The notes: a model not told the origin generated them from the sequence alone. DNA of 62,644 bases, filler included, from 5 parts of 5 records of this genome joined end to end with filler, not necessarily neighbours in it; one strand, 5' to 3'. Positions 48,301 to 58,400 are shown, numbered from the whole stretch's first letter. Numbers and translations are program-made.

Positions 48301-51300
48301 TTGTCCAAAGATAAAATCAGGTTTTCGTTTGCAGTACAATTGTCATTCGATCCATTGTTCACCTGCTCGGCTGAAATGCTTGCGTTCCCATCACCGTCTA
48401 AAGAAACGGAGATGTTTTGCGTGATGACAACAGGTGCTGTCTGATCATCTATGACGTTTACGATCACTGTTTGGGACATTGCCACGCCACAGCCGGCTAC
48501 ACCACAGGTAGGGCTAATGCCAGTGATATAATCAGTAGCCGGATCCATATTCACCAACTGTCCGTTGAGCGCGGAAGGTGAATAATCGACCACCGTATTG
48601 TCCGTGCCGTCGAATTTGAACAAGCCGGATAGATTGGCCTCACTACCGCTCAAACAGCGATCATTGTATAGCGCTGCAACTTCAGCCGTTGTTGTAAATC
48701 CGGTATTCCATATTGCACATTGGTCAATTTCAAACTGTGCGTATTGATTCTGCGCGGGATACGCACCAATGATCAATCCACTGTTGTTGGACAGTGTAAC
48801 TCCGTTAGGCTGATTTAGTGCCTTAGCGGCAGCCAGCTGATCGTCAATAAAGATCAGAACATTGGTGCTATTAACTGCAAGCGTGACCATGTGCCATTCT
48901 CCATCATTCACTCTTGTGGTGGTCGTGGTGGTGATATTGTATCCTGTGACTCCCGCTCCGGTGGCCTTATACAACTGGGTATACACCTCACCCGTATTGG
49001 TCATCCACAAATAATAGGAATGTACGGCATTGAGTTTGGCTATAATTGGACGGGCCTGAGTGCTGGTGGTTTTTATCCAAACGGAGATGGATAGTTGATT
49101 GGTTATTCCGCGGTTGTCTGTTCCTAAATCGATGTAATCATTTTGTCCATCAAGCGTTACCGCATGTACGCCTTCCTGAATGCCTGGTATTTCTCCATAA
49201 ACAGAGTAGGTTTCTGATGCAGTCATCGGTAGAGAATTGAATTCCAATGCTTGACCTGTTCCTGCTTTAGGGCCATCTACGATAGTTCCACTTGCATTTT
49301 TGAGGTAATAATTGGCTCCAACAACACTACCAGCTAGGGTTACTGCAGCACTTTCATTTTCGCAGAGTTCAGCGGGCGCAGTAATGGCCATATCCTCAAT
49401 ATAGTTGTTAACAGTGATCGTTGCTGTGGTGGTAGCCGAATTTCCTGACTCGTCTGTTACTGTCAGAGTAACCGTATTTTCCCCAACATCTTCGCAAGTG
49501 AAAGTTGATTTATCCAGGCTAAAGGTAAGTGCTTCGTCGGCTGTGCAGTTGTCTGTCGACCCATCATTCACCTCACTGCCCAGTACCGTAATCTGTCCAT
49601 CAGCTCCGATGGTAACGGTGATATCCTGTGCTGTAGCGACAGGTGCTTCTGAATCACCTACCGTGATGGAGACTATGTCTGACATGACCCTTGAGCAACC
49701 GGTAACGCAATCAATGTGACCTGTCACCCAATCCGTGGCTGAATCCATGTTCAAAAGGGTACCGGTGTTGTTGTTAGTGGAGTAATCTTGTATGGTGGTG
49801 GAGCCTGCACCATCATCAAATTTGTAATAAGCTACCAAACCAGCCTCGTTTCCAGCCAGACAGTCGTCTTTTGAGGCGAGCAGGTCCGTTCCGGCTTTTG
49901 CTACGTTCCATACTCGAATCTCGTCCATTTTGCCAAAGAAAAACTCACCGACTGTTCCTCCACGATCTTCACCTAATGTCCAGGCCTGAGTGTTTGCAGA
50001 AAGTGTGGCCTGTCCGAAGGCATCTGATTTCACCTCCAGGCCATTTACAAATAGTTTTATCGTTCCATTGTCAAATGTGGCCGCCACGTGATTCCATGTA
50101 TTCAGGGTCACCACATTGTCTACGCTGAACCCAACACCAGTACCATTGGCTTTTGTCATGTATAACCTCAATCCACGTCCGTTTTGCACAGATGCGCCTA
50201 CCAAATCCAACAGGATATCTCCCGGTGTATTTGACGAACCACTGAAATTGGTAAATACCCGCGTGTAAGTGGTTGCTTTGGGGTAAATCCAACCCTCGAT
50301 AGTGAATGCCGTCGAAAGAGCCATGGAGCTGTTATAGGGAATATTGATTTTGTCATTGGTGCCATCAAAATCGAGAGCGCCTCCTCCAGCAGCTGACGGA
50401 GGAATGTCAGACTCTGATCCCAATACATTTAATTCAATATCGGCATTCAAAGCTCCTGTATTGAATTCGATCGGGTTGCCGTCACCGGTGATTGGGCCGT
50501 CTAGTACCTCACCTGTTGCATTATTTCGCAAGAAATAGAATAGGCCTGATTCAGAACCTGATGTTGTGACAGTCGTGCTGCTGCCTACAGAACAAAGTTC
50601 AGTGTCGTCAGCGGTTAAACTTTCATCAACTACTGGATTGCCTGACACTTCAACTTGAATTTGTGCTGTATTTGAGCATCCTGTAGTCGCATTCAATCCG
50701 GTCGCGGTATATGTGGTAGTAACAGTAGGATAGAATGGCACACCATTTTCTACATCATTGTCCCAGGTGTAGGAATCTGCGCCAGCTCCTGTAAGCGTTA
50801 CAGGCTGCCCCTCACAGATGCTTAGGCTGGTCGCATTGGCTGCTACGCTTGGTAAATTCGCAAGTCCAAGTGTTAGGTATACCAGGGTATCAATGCTTGC
50901 GGGTTTTAAATACGTGTATTTACCTGCCGTGGTGAATTCGGTACCCTGTGGAGTAATGAAGCTCGCCCCATCACAAATAGAGCCATTCTTACTTTGCAAT
51001 ACATACTCAGGCATTGTGTAGAGTTCTTCTACTTCAAGTGGGTTAATTGCTCTTCCGAAAAAGCGGAGGTCGTCTATGGCACCATTCAGAAATGCACCGG
51101 GCTGTTGTATACCAGGATTGTTGTATGCACCAACGTAGAGGAATGAAGTAGCCTGATTCAAACTCGCTGGAGCAGGACCTATTTCATGCGCTACATTATC
51201 AATGTAGAAAATTACTTTCCCGTTGATATTTACGGTTACAGCGAGATGGTACCAGATGCCCGCAGATAATACCACGGGATATGCATATCTCGTTTTGGTC

Positions 51301-53549
51301 GTGTTCAATTCCAATCTTAATTCACCAGCTTCGTAGTAAAATATACTTGTGTTTCCTCTATGTTCATAGATGGTCCGTTGCACACTTGATCCATTCATCT
51401 CTGTTGTGGGCTTAATCCAGGTAGCCACACTAAAACCATCTTCCAGTGGAATGTTGTTGAATGTGCTGATTCTACTGTATCTGCTTTCGGAAAAAGAATA
51501 GGCCCCATTGGGCTGACCGTGGTGATCTGCTTCGATTAACGTTGGTGCGATCGGATCTGTCAAATCCGAAATATTTCCAGTGAGATCCCATTTATTGCCG
51601 TCAAAGGAGAAGTGTGACAAAAGTGCATCCTCCAACTCAATGGCGTGTAATGTTAAAAGAAAATCCTGAGAGTAGGTGTTGTTCTCCGCTTGACCGTCGT
51701 TGGCGGTAATCGTGAAAAGTTGACTGTCCGAGTAACCCGCAACAGCATCTACACTAAGCTCGCCTGTATTGCTGTCGAAATTAATGGTAGCAAAATCGAC
51801 GGATGTTGGTGAAATGGAGTAAGTGACTGTTTGACCGGATTCATCTGCCGGTTGAGAAACTGAAGCCACGGAGGTTACTACTTGACTACCATTCAAGTCG
51901 TATCGGACGGCTGCATAACTGTCCGTTAATGTAAACGTAGGTACATCATTGACTGGTGTAATGGTAAGAGTCAAATCGTCATCATAGCTGGTGACCCCAT
52001 CGCTATAATTGATCGTGATGTTATCGACACCAGAATAGTCTGCGGCTGCCTGTACCTGTAGTACGTTTGCGGCTGTTTTTTGAACCGTCACATTTGGGTT
52101 GGAATTGCCCACCGTAAAATTCAGGACAGTTCCTTCCGGGTCAGTGTACATGGTATTTAAATCAACAATGGAAACAAGTCCTGCATCCTCTGCTATGGTA
52201 AATTCAGTCACGACAGAGTTTTTGAAGGGGGGCTGATTTGTTTTAACCTCATTGTAAAGAACATCTACTTCGTCAGGCCTCAATGCGCGACCCCAAATGC
52301 GCAGATCATCTATTTTGCCATGAAATAAATTACCGGCATATTGAGCCAATGGGCTGTTACCAATAGAGGCAAGAGTAGCTGCCGTTGGGACTGCTCCGGA
52401 AATGGCTCCCGGATAGTTCACATTGTCAATGTACCAATCAATTTGACCATTTACACGCTGTACACCAACGACATGATGCCAGGTATTGGCAGCAAAATCC
52501 ATGGTCACACTGGTGCCGTTCATACTTAATCTGCCCAGGTGGTAGTAAATCTGATAGTGACTGGTCTTTTCGTAAATCACGTCTGTTTGTGTAGATGCAT
52601 TGAAATTCACACTTGGGCTGAACCAAACGGAAACAGTTAACTCATCGGCAGAAGGATAGCCGTAGGTTGAAGTGATTTTACCACCAAAGGAATAGGCGCT
52701 GTTGGGAATGTTAAACCTGTCAGTGGTAAGCGTAGGGCCTGCAACTGTTCCATGGTAGCCATTAACCCCCTCATCATTTGCATTGCCGTTGAAGTCATAT
52801 TTAATTGCTAAACCATCTGTGATCGGATTAGTAGGAAGTGGTTCAGGGGCCAATGTTCGAATGGCTTCAATATCCTGATCCGTAAGGGCTCTGTTGTAAA
52901 ACCGGATTTCGTCCATTTGACCTAAAAAATAGTCGGTGAATGCTGTCGGGTATCTACCAATGGTGGTGGTTTCATTGCCAGTACTATTGGATGTGATCGT
53001 TCCCGTGGCACTTCCATCCGCTACGCCATCTACGTAGATCGTTGACGTTGTTCCACTTCTTCGCCATACAACAAAATGCCAATTCCCGTCATTGTAACCC
53101 GCGCTTGACGACAGGTTCTCATTGACGGCTCCCACATACGTTATGGAAAAGGCACCAGAAGCATTCATATTTATTTGATAGCGTGTGCCTGAATAGCCCT
53201 TTACCCAAATCCACTGATTCCGGGTGGCTGTCGTTTTCACCCACATTGCGAGGGTGTAATCCGTTACATTGAAATTAGAATTCAGTGCGTTTGCGTTGGG
53301 TATTTCGAGACATTCACCACCGCCAAAAGTACCGGCATTGTAAATCCGGTTATTTCTGTCTTTGGTATAGGAAGGAAGGTTACCAAAGGAGGAATGGGGA
53401 GCTGAAAAGTGGTACCCATTGCTACTATGGTCTTCAAAATCCCTGTCGAAGGGCATGTAAAGCACCAGTCCACTGGTGATGTCTTGAGCCATTGACGTTA
53501 GCAAAGCTCCAAGGAGCATTAGTAATAAGACGAATTTTTTCATTTTCAT
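45345..53549 (-). CDS. 2734-aa T9SS-secreted surface protein with multiple LamG-like jelly-roll domains, HYR-like and cadherin/Ig-like repeats
   Basis: Signal peptide; five W.H/G.MDEIR-type LamG modules; VN(D)AP repeats; LPGWLSFD He_PIG-like repeat; type-A CTD IYPNPV...LPSGIYLI...KIVK. Confidence 0.9.
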   Translation of the reverse strand: MKMKKFVLLLMLLGALLTSMAQDITSGLVLYMPFDRDFEDHSSNGYHFSAPHSSFGNLPSYTKDRNNRIYNAGTFGGGECLEIPNANALNSNFNVTDYTLAMWVKTTATRNQWIWVKGYSGTRYQINMNASGAFSITYVGAVNENLSSSAGYNDGNWHFVVWRRSGTTSTIYVDGVADGSATGTITSNSTGNETTTIGRYPTAFTDYFLGQMDEIRFYNRALTDQDIEAIRTLAPEPLPTNPITDGLAIKYDFNGNANDEGVNGYHGTVAGPTLTTDRFNIPNSAYSFGGKITSTYGYPSADELTVSVWFSPSVNFNASTQTDVIYEKTSHYQIYYHLGRLSMNGTSVTMDFAANTWHHVVGVQRVNGQIDWYIDNVNYPGAISGAVPTAATLASIGNSPLAQYAGNLFHGKIDDLRIWGRALRPDEVDVLYNEVKTNQPPFKNSVVTEFTIAEDAGLVSIVDLNTMYTDPEGTVLNFTVGNSNPNVTVQKTAANVLQVQAAADYSGVDNITINYSDGVTSYDDDLTLTITPVNDVPTFTLTDSYAAVRYDLNGSQVVTSVASVSQPADESGQTVTYSISPTSVDFATINFDSNTGELSVDAVAGYSDSQLFTITANDGQAENNTYSQDFLLTLHAIELEDALLSHFSFDGNKWDLTGNISDLTDPIAPTLIEADHHGQPNGAYSFSESRYSRISTFNNIPLEDGFSVATWIKPTTEMNGSSVQRTIYEHRGNTSIFYYEAGELRLELNTTKTRYAYPVVLSAGIWYHLAVTVNINGKVIFYIDNVAHEIGPAPASLNQATSFLYVGAYNNPGIQQPGAFLNGAIDDLRFFGRAINPLEVEELYTMPEYVLQSKNGSICDGASFITPQGTEFTTAGKYTYLKPASIDTLVYLTLGLANLPSVAANATSLSICEGQPVTLTGAGADSYTWDNDVENGVPFYPTVTTTYTATGLNATTGCSNTAQIQVEVSGNPVVDESLTADDTELCSVGSSTTVTTSGSESGLFYFLRNNATGEVLDGPITGDGNPIEFNTGALNADIELNVLGSESDIPPSAAGGGALDFDGTNDKINIPYNSSMALSTAFTIEGWIYPKATTYTRVFTNFSGSSNTPGDILLDLVGASVQNGRGLRLYMTKANGTGVGFSVDNVVTLNTWNHVAATFDNGTIKLFVNGLEVKSDAFGQATLSANTQAWTLGEDRGGTVGEFFFGKMDEIRVWNVAKAGTDLLASKDDCLAGNEAGLVAYYKFDDGAGSTTIQDYSTNNNTGTLLNMDSATDWVTGHIDCVTGCSRVMSDIVSITVGDSEAPVATAQDITVTIGADGQITVLGSEVNDGSTDNCTADEALTFSLDKSTFTCEDVGENTVTLTVTDESGNSATTTATITVNNYIEDMAITAPAELCENESAAVTLAGSVVGANYYLKNASGTIVDGPKAGTGQALEFNSLPMTASETYSVYGEIPGIQEGVHAVTLDGQNDYIDLGTDNRGITNQLSISVWIKTTSTQARPIIAKLNAVHSYYLWMTNTGEVYTQLYKATGAGVTGYNITTTTTTRVNDGEWHMVTLAVNSTNVLIFIDDQLAAAKALNQPNGVTLSNNSGLIIGAYPAQNQYAQFEIDQCAIWNTGFTTTAEVAALYNDRCLSGSEANLSGLFKFDGTDNTVVDYSPSALNGQLVNMDPATDYITGISPTCGVAGCGVAMSQTVIVNVIDDQTAPVVITQNISVSLDGDGNASISAEQVNNGSNDNCTANENLILSLDKTAFTCADQGDNMVTLTVTDAKGNEATATATVSVVDDLAPIVLVENITVQLDVNGTATIAAADIDNGSSDACGAVTLVIDITTFDESKLGVQIVTLTATDAAGNSASAGAEVTVVPYNQSPVIELPIDNFSFFEDAAAITIVTDLDATFSDPEDDALTYSVSSADPLLIAQIVKTAGVSSVVVTATADFFGVVNVTVSATDQITATDMVIAVTVEPVNDQPIFTLSGDVNVTEDFDGTISVTATQLQPANESAQTLTYSISPATVGFANVSIDANTGKVDVSAVANGFGSQIFTVAVNDGELANNSYSTSFTLTVTAVDDAPVLVSAIQDATGDEDLFESTLDLSSFFTEVDGEILTYSVNELSGTGLLNIQMNGAQLSLTTNTNQFGSAMLEVVAADPQNNTASSTFTVNVNAVNDAPTFIVSGNISAPKNFTDTKSVTVTADAVPFGEENQPVIYTLSPASVTFANVAINSSTGEVTITAIADEVGTQEFTITANDGEASNNLVTQTFTLSVLNNLAPVVSNPIADMSLNEDESGTLVSSISSVFSDPENDALTFTASHDFGANVTVVISGNTIQATPAANYFGTGTITVTAADANQSVSDSFVLTITSVNDAPSLVNIIAAQTATEDVPYSFTIPANTFSDVDGDNLTISVSGLPGWLSFDAQSQTLSGTPTNDNVGSFVLIVSATDNEVSTSQSVNFTVENVNDYPVIISQPSLTFDEDGAAQSIDLTTLFSDADGDVLSFTIEAPKSESPAILTATINENTLTVTPLVNANGAVNLVIIASDGHSEGGVSYTLPVTIHAVNDAPEFELTATALTLEQDFTGTQLIEFALINVPENEAEQTVTFTVTPATSNVVAVSINEGSLSLTAIAGASGTATFTLTANDGQEANASFSATFTVTIVKALGLEPTFVLRIYPNPVADVLTVESNEALKVNIFDLEGSEVTHGVSNQPINIYGLPSGIYLIKCVDEKGKTLTRKIVKAK

Positions 53550-53710
53550 GCGGTTTAAATAAAACAGACTTAAAACTGTTATTAAACCGCATTTTTATTG
53601 TTGGGCGACTAGAATACGCAGGCCTACGCTGAGAAAGTGTAGGCCAATGAATTAGAATTCGTTTTTGAATTATTTTGAGGATGGATTGTATTCTATCAGA
53701 TTCGGTTGAC

Positions 53711-54406
53711 TCATTTAACCTTAGTGGTTATTCGGATTATCACCTCTGCCATAATTAAATGTGTGTAATGAAATCGGGTACGACCGTATTCCCAACCTAT
53801 AAATGATGGGAAATAATTCACTCCCAAACCCCAGATCTTTCCGGCTTTAACATAACATGAAAAAGCTGCTCCAAGCTGTTGTTGTTTAAGATCACTCCTT
53901 GTTGTAATAGTTGTGTCCGGGAGTAGGAGGGTCGTACTCCTAAAGTAGTAGGTTGTGCTCAGTTGGATGCCAAATGCTGCATGCCATTTTTTCCATTCCT
54001 GACCCTTCTGAAGTGCCACGAAATTAACTCCTGTCTCCTGCTGTTTTTCACCGGGTTCAGGCTCTGGTCCAGAACTTGGAACAGGGCTTGGTTTGTCCAA
54101 AGCCACCCCCACCTTTAAATCCAAAGAGTGGTTATCAGAAAAGAAATACTCCATACCGTAAGAGAATCCCAAAAACCCATAACTACTTCCATATGAATCA
54201 CCTTTATTGATATAGAAATGGTTGCCTTCGGGGATTGAGAATTTGATTGTTAAGGCTCTGGACGTAGCGAAGATTTCTGTTGATTCAGAAGAACCAGCTT
54301 CATGTGCCACACTATCTGATGATTGAGAATAAATTTCCAACGGCAGTAAGAAAATCAAAAGAAAGAATGGGGCGGTGATACCATTCAGATGTTTTGGAGC
54401 TGACAT
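53711..54406 (-). CDS. Hypothetical secreted/outer-membrane protein
   Basis: Signal-like N-terminus and amphipathic beta-strand pattern. Confidence 0.5.
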   Translation of the reverse strand: MSAPKHLNGITAPFFLLIFLLPLEIYSQSSDSVAHEAGSSESTEIFATSRALTIKFSIPEGNHFYINKGDSYGSSYGFLGFSYGMEYFFSDNHSLDLKVGVALDKPSPVPSSGPEPEPGEKQQETGVNFVALQKGQEWKKWHAAFGIQLSTTYYFRSTTLLLPDTTITTRSDLKQQQLGAAFSCYVKAGKIWGLGVNYFPSFIGWEYGRTRFHYTHLIMAEVIIRITTKVK

Positions 54407-54466
54407 GGTTCAATTTAAACTATTTAGCTTTTATTATCAATTTATTCTGTACACGCCATTTGTTCG

Positions 54467-54885
54467 TTATGGATTGTTACCCTCATCTTGATTCCACAAT
54501 CCGAACAAGTCTCTAACACCCCCTGCGGAATCTGCTTTTTGAACTATTGGAATCACACTTGCCAAGTTTTCTGTTATGCAGATTTCATCTTCAGCCATCT
54601 TTTCAATCGAATGCCGGATACCTGCCGAAAGCGTGTCCAAATATTGTTCTAGCATCAGTAGTTTCAGCTCTTGCCGGAGTTCGGGGTATCTTTTGGCGAT
54701 CCTGACAATGAGCCGAAAGGCATTGTAACGCACAGAGGATGCCAGCCCGCACGCCAGGCATAGGGTTGCTTGTCAGACAAAGCCAACTCGATCAGTTCCT
54801 CAAAATCTTCCGGGTGGGTGTGGATATAAGCCACCATTCCATTCTTTCGGGAATTGGTTAAGGTGTGCTCAAGAGCTGTTTCCAT
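54467..54885 (-). pseudogene. Frameshifted, probably internally deleted helical-repeat protein (pieces 54664-54885 and 54467-54733)
   Basis: N-piece METALEHTL...QPYAWRAGW switches frame near 54735 into RYNAFRLIVRIAKRYPELRQEL; both halves are protein-like. Confidence 0.55.
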
Positions 54886-54899
54886 GATCCTAACTTATC

Positions 54900-55640
54900 T
54901 CAAAGCATTTCCAATGCCTTCATAAGAGAGTCTTTCTTGCGAACGGAAACCGGAAGGACACTTCCGTCTTTCATTTGGACACTTCCACCTTCCCGTTTAT
55001 CGAAGTGGGAAAAGTAGTTGAGGTTGATCAGGTGGCTCTGGTGGCATCTGAAAAAGTCCTGATCGGCGAGCAGGGTTTCGTATTCTTTGAGCGTGGTAGA
55101 GACCAGTATTTTTCGACTGTCGGTCAGGTAGAAACGCGTGTAATTGTCGTCCGATTCACAGCGGATGATTTCATCGATCCCAATGAGGTAGACCTTTTCG
55201 GCATCCTTTAGCACGATGCGTCGGAGCTTACTTTTTCCCAGATTGGACTCCAGTGCTTTTAGTTGCAAGCCTGACACCCCTGCCGCAAAGCTCGTTTTCG
55301 CTTTGTTTATTGCTCGCTCTAGCTCGTCGGGATCAACCGGTTTCAGAATGTAATCGATGGCCGAGAGTTTGAAGGCCTTCACTGCATATTCGTCGTGACC
55401 GGTAATAAAAATTACCGCAAAGTTGCGATCGCGAAAAGCATGAACGATATCAAAACCAGTTCCGTCCGGCAGCTCCACGTCCAGAAATGCCAGATCGGGT
55501 TTCTCTAGTTTGATCAAAGCGATTCCATCTTTCACATTGGCTGCCTGGCCGACGACCTCAATATCGGGGCAAAAAATGGAAAGCAGGGTATGTGTAGATT
55601 CCCTGAGAGAAGCTTCGTCATCAATAATTACCGCTCGCAT
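54900..55640 (-). CDS. LytTR family response regulator
   Basis: IIDDE, FLDVELPDGTGF, AIDYILKP, FFRCHQSHLIN, PVSVRKK. Confidence 0.95.
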   Translation of the reverse strand: MRAVIIDDEASLRESTHTLLSIFCPDIEVVGQAANVKDGIALIKLEKPDLAFLDVELPDGTGFDIVHAFRDRNFAVIFITGHDEYAVKAFKLSAIDYILKPVDPDELERAINKAKTSFAAGVSGLQLKALESNLGKSKLRRIVLKDAEKVYLIGIDEIIRCESDDNYTRFYLTDSRKILVSTTLKEYETLLADQDFFRCHQSHLINLNYFSHFDKREGGSVQMKDGSVLPVSVRKKDSLMKALEML

Positions 55641-55682
55641 GGCTTAAAAATAAACAAGAAATGGGTTTTGAGTAGAACCTAT

Positions 55683-57638
55683 TTAGGAGAGGGACGGAAG
55701 AATAAGCACGGCACGGGTTCCTTTTCCAGCATGGGCACTTTCCACATCCAACGAAAAACTTGTATTGAAGCGCTTGCTTAGTATAGCCAGACGTTCGCGA
55801 CTGATGATGGTGGCCAGCGATTTGTGTTCTTTTTGAGTGCTTGCTGACACGTTTATTCCACTGCCATTGTCTTCGATTTCCATGCGAACGTTCTTTCCTT
55901 CCTGAAAGAAACGAATGGTGATATGTCCGTCTGCCTTCATGTCTTTCAACCCATGCTCGATGGCATTTTCCACAAAAGGCTGAGCAAAAAGTGGGGGAAT
56001 TTTCATTTCTTCCTGATCGATGGATTCGGCCACTTCAATGGAAAAATCGAATCTATTTTTGAAGCGCAATTGTTGAATCTCCAGATAGTTTTTGAGCATG
56101 TCGGCTTCTTCCTGAATAGTGATAAATTCTTGGCGACTATGCTCCAATATCTGCCTCATGAGTTTACCAAACTTGGCCAGGTAGCTTACCGATTCTTTGG
56201 TGTCGCTTTGCAGGATATAGTTCTGAATGGAGGCCAGTGCGTTGAAGATAAAATGCGGATTCATCTGCAATCGCAACATCCGCTGCTCCATATCCGCCAC
56301 GGCATGGCGGTGTTTGAATTTCCGCTGCTGGCTAATAACTATTCCACCAAGAATAAGGACTAGCAGTAGTACTCCGGCCCCAAGAAGTTGGTTGTTTCGT
56401 TGACTGATTTGTAGTGACTGAATTTGTGCTTGTTGAGATAAGGTGGCTATTTCACTGTCTTTTTTTTCGGTTTCGTATTTGGTTTGGAGTTCAGAAACTA
56501 CAGCGTTTTTTTGTTCATTGATGTATCTATCGTGCAGTTCGTTATACCGCAGGTGTGTCCTGTATGCCAGTCTGTAATCTCCAATCGCATCGTAGGCCTC
56601 ACTGAGGTACAAATTGGCTTCAGCTTCTTTTTTGAGGTAACCTTCAGTTGATGCTATTTTGATAGACTCTTTTAAAATGGGTATCGCCCGTTCAGGTTCA
56701 CCAAGCTTAGTGTAGCAGTTGGCGAGGTTGTGAAGCACTGTCGCTTGATTCGAAAGCTGACCAGTTTGATCATTGATTTCTTTCGCCTTAAGGTTGTATG
56801 CCAAAGCGTCCCGATATAATTCCTTTTTAAAGTAGGCATCCGCAAGACCCTGATAGCCATACGCCAGCATGGGTTGATTGCCAATTTTTTTATGAATTTC
56901 TATTCCCTTTTCTATGTAGAGCATTGCGGAATCGAGATCAAATTTTTCATAGATACCACCCATGTTGTGGTATAGGTTTCCCAGGTTGTAGAGGTCATTT
57001 ATTTTTTCCAATAAGGGGAGGGCCTCTCTGTAGTAACTTAATGATTCGAGAAAATTATTGGCCTGGTAATGAGCTGCTCCAATATTTACCAGAAACTGAC
57101 CTATGACCTTTTCCAAGTTGGCTTTTCTCGCAATTTCCAATCCTTTTACTGAATAAATAACGCTTGAATCGTTGGCGGTTTGATCGAGAAAAATGCTGCT
57201 TATTCCCTGATATGCTGCGGCGAGGATCAAAGTGTCTTTCAATTCAAGAGCAAATACTATTTGTCGCTTCCTTTGGATAAGTGCGCTATCCATATGTCCT
57301 AACCGATAATAGGCAATTGCCAGGTTATTGATTGTTGATGCCACACCGGTAAGGTCATCGGCTTTCAGTAGGTAGTCAATTGCATCAGAAAAATGCCGAA
57401 TCGAGCTTTTCAAATCTCCACGACAAATTTCATTGGTGGCTTTGTTTTTCCACGCATAACCGAGCGCTTTATTGTTTCCATTTTGCTCAGCAAGCCGAAT
57501 TACTTCAGTAGAAATGGAATCAGAAAGCGGGATATTTCTGCAAACATGCTGTTTGCTCCAATCATTCAAACTATCCAGATTTTGCGCCTGAATAATTATA
57601 GCGTAGAGACAAAGGATAATCGTTGCTGACCTTCTCAT
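55683..57638 (-). CDS. TPR-repeat sensor histidine kinase (LytS-type)
   Basis: TPR repeats, TM helix, LRLQMNPHFIFNAL, QPFVENAIEHG, DNGSGI. Confidence 0.93.
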   Translation of the reverse strand: MRRSATIILCLYAIIIQAQNLDSLNDWSKQHVCRNIPLSDSISTEVIRLAEQNGNNKALGYAWKNKATNEICRGDLKSSIRHFSDAIDYLLKADDLTGVASTINNLAIAYYRLGHMDSALIQRKRQIVFALELKDTLILAAAYQGISSIFLDQTANDSSVIYSVKGLEIARKANLEKVIGQFLVNIGAAHYQANNFLESLSYYREALPLLEKINDLYNLGNLYHNMGGIYEKFDLDSAMLYIEKGIEIHKKIGNQPMLAYGYQGLADAYFKKELYRDALAYNLKAKEINDQTGQLSNQATVLHNLANCYTKLGEPERAIPILKESIKIASTEGYLKKEAEANLYLSEAYDAIGDYRLAYRTHLRYNELHDRYINEQKNAVVSELQTKYETEKKDSEIATLSQQAQIQSLQISQRNNQLLGAGVLLLVLILGGIVISQQRKFKHRHAVADMEQRMLRLQMNPHFIFNALASIQNYILQSDTKESVSYLAKFGKLMRQILEHSRQEFITIQEEADMLKNYLEIQQLRFKNRFDFSIEVAESIDQEEMKIPPLFAQPFVENAIEHGLKDMKADGHITIRFFQEGKNVRMEIEDNGSGINVSASTQKEHKSLATIISRERLAILSKRFNTSFSLDVESAHAGKGTRAVLILPSLS

Positions 57639-57645
57639 TTGAGGT

Positions 57646-58012
57646 TTAAATCATTGGTAACACAATACTAGTGTAGGTTCCGGTGGTGTCACTTACCAGT
57701 CCCAATTGAAATGGCTGTTTGAATTTTCTCTCAAAGATGCTCAATCGTTGACGAGTGATCACGGTCGCTAGGGATTTATGCTCTTTTTCTACATTTGCGG
57801 CATTGGTGATGCCCGATCCATTGTCTTGCACCTCCAAAAGGATATTCGCCCCATTTGCTTTAAAGCGAATAGAAATGAGTCCATCAGATGTCTTGTCTTT
57901 TAACCCATGTTCGATCGCATTTTCGACAAAAGGTTGAGCGAAAAGTGGCGGAATTTTCATTTCCTCCGGATCGATGGAATCATCAATTTCTATGTTAAAA
58001 TCAAAACGATTT
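57646..58012 (-). CDS. C-terminal fragment of a second, paralogous LytS-type kinase
   Basis: Open to the contig edge; RFDF...MKIPPLFAQPFVENAIEHGLKD...KEHKSLAT matches the adjacent kinase. Confidence 0.88.
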
Positions 58013-58112
58013 NNNNNNNNNNNNNNNNNNNNNNNNNNNNNNNNNNNNNNNNNNNNTTAATTAATTAANNNNNNNNNNNNNNNNNNNNNNNNNNNNNNNN
58101 NNNNNNNNNNNN
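58013..58112. other. Artificial contig spacer
   Basis: N-run + TTAATTAATTAA + N-run. Confidence 0.98.
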
Positions 58113-58113
58113 C

Positions 58114-58395
58114 ATGTGCGGCAACAGCATTTGTCAGGATCGTCGCTTCATGGCCAAGTACATGCCCAAGCTTGAAGCGTATTTTCACTACCGCAATCTG
58201 GATGTGAGCACGTTGAAAGAACTTTGCAAACGCTGGAACCCCACCACAGCCCGCAAATTCCTGAAAAAAACCAAACACACAGCCTTGGCCGATATTCATG
58301 AATCAATCGATGAGCTGCGTTTTTACCGCGAGCATTTCATTGTGGCACCGGAAGCCAAGGCAAGCCCCGCCACCCCGGCGCCAACACAACCTTGA
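58114..58395 (+). CDS. orn: Oligoribonuclease, C-terminal part
   Basis: [39 protein letters not shown]. Confidence 0.95.
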   Translation: MCGNSICQDRRFMAKYMPKLEAYFHYRNLDVSTLKELCKRWNPTTARKFLKKTKHTALADIHESIDELRFYREHFIVAPEAKASPATPAPTQP

Positions 58396-58400
58396 CCACT

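Noticed and set aside
53645-53672. LytTR boxes upstream of the giant T9SS gene
   Set aside because: The TGAATTA repeats are 18 bp apart, not about 21-22, and lie in AT-rich sequence where chance matches are likely.
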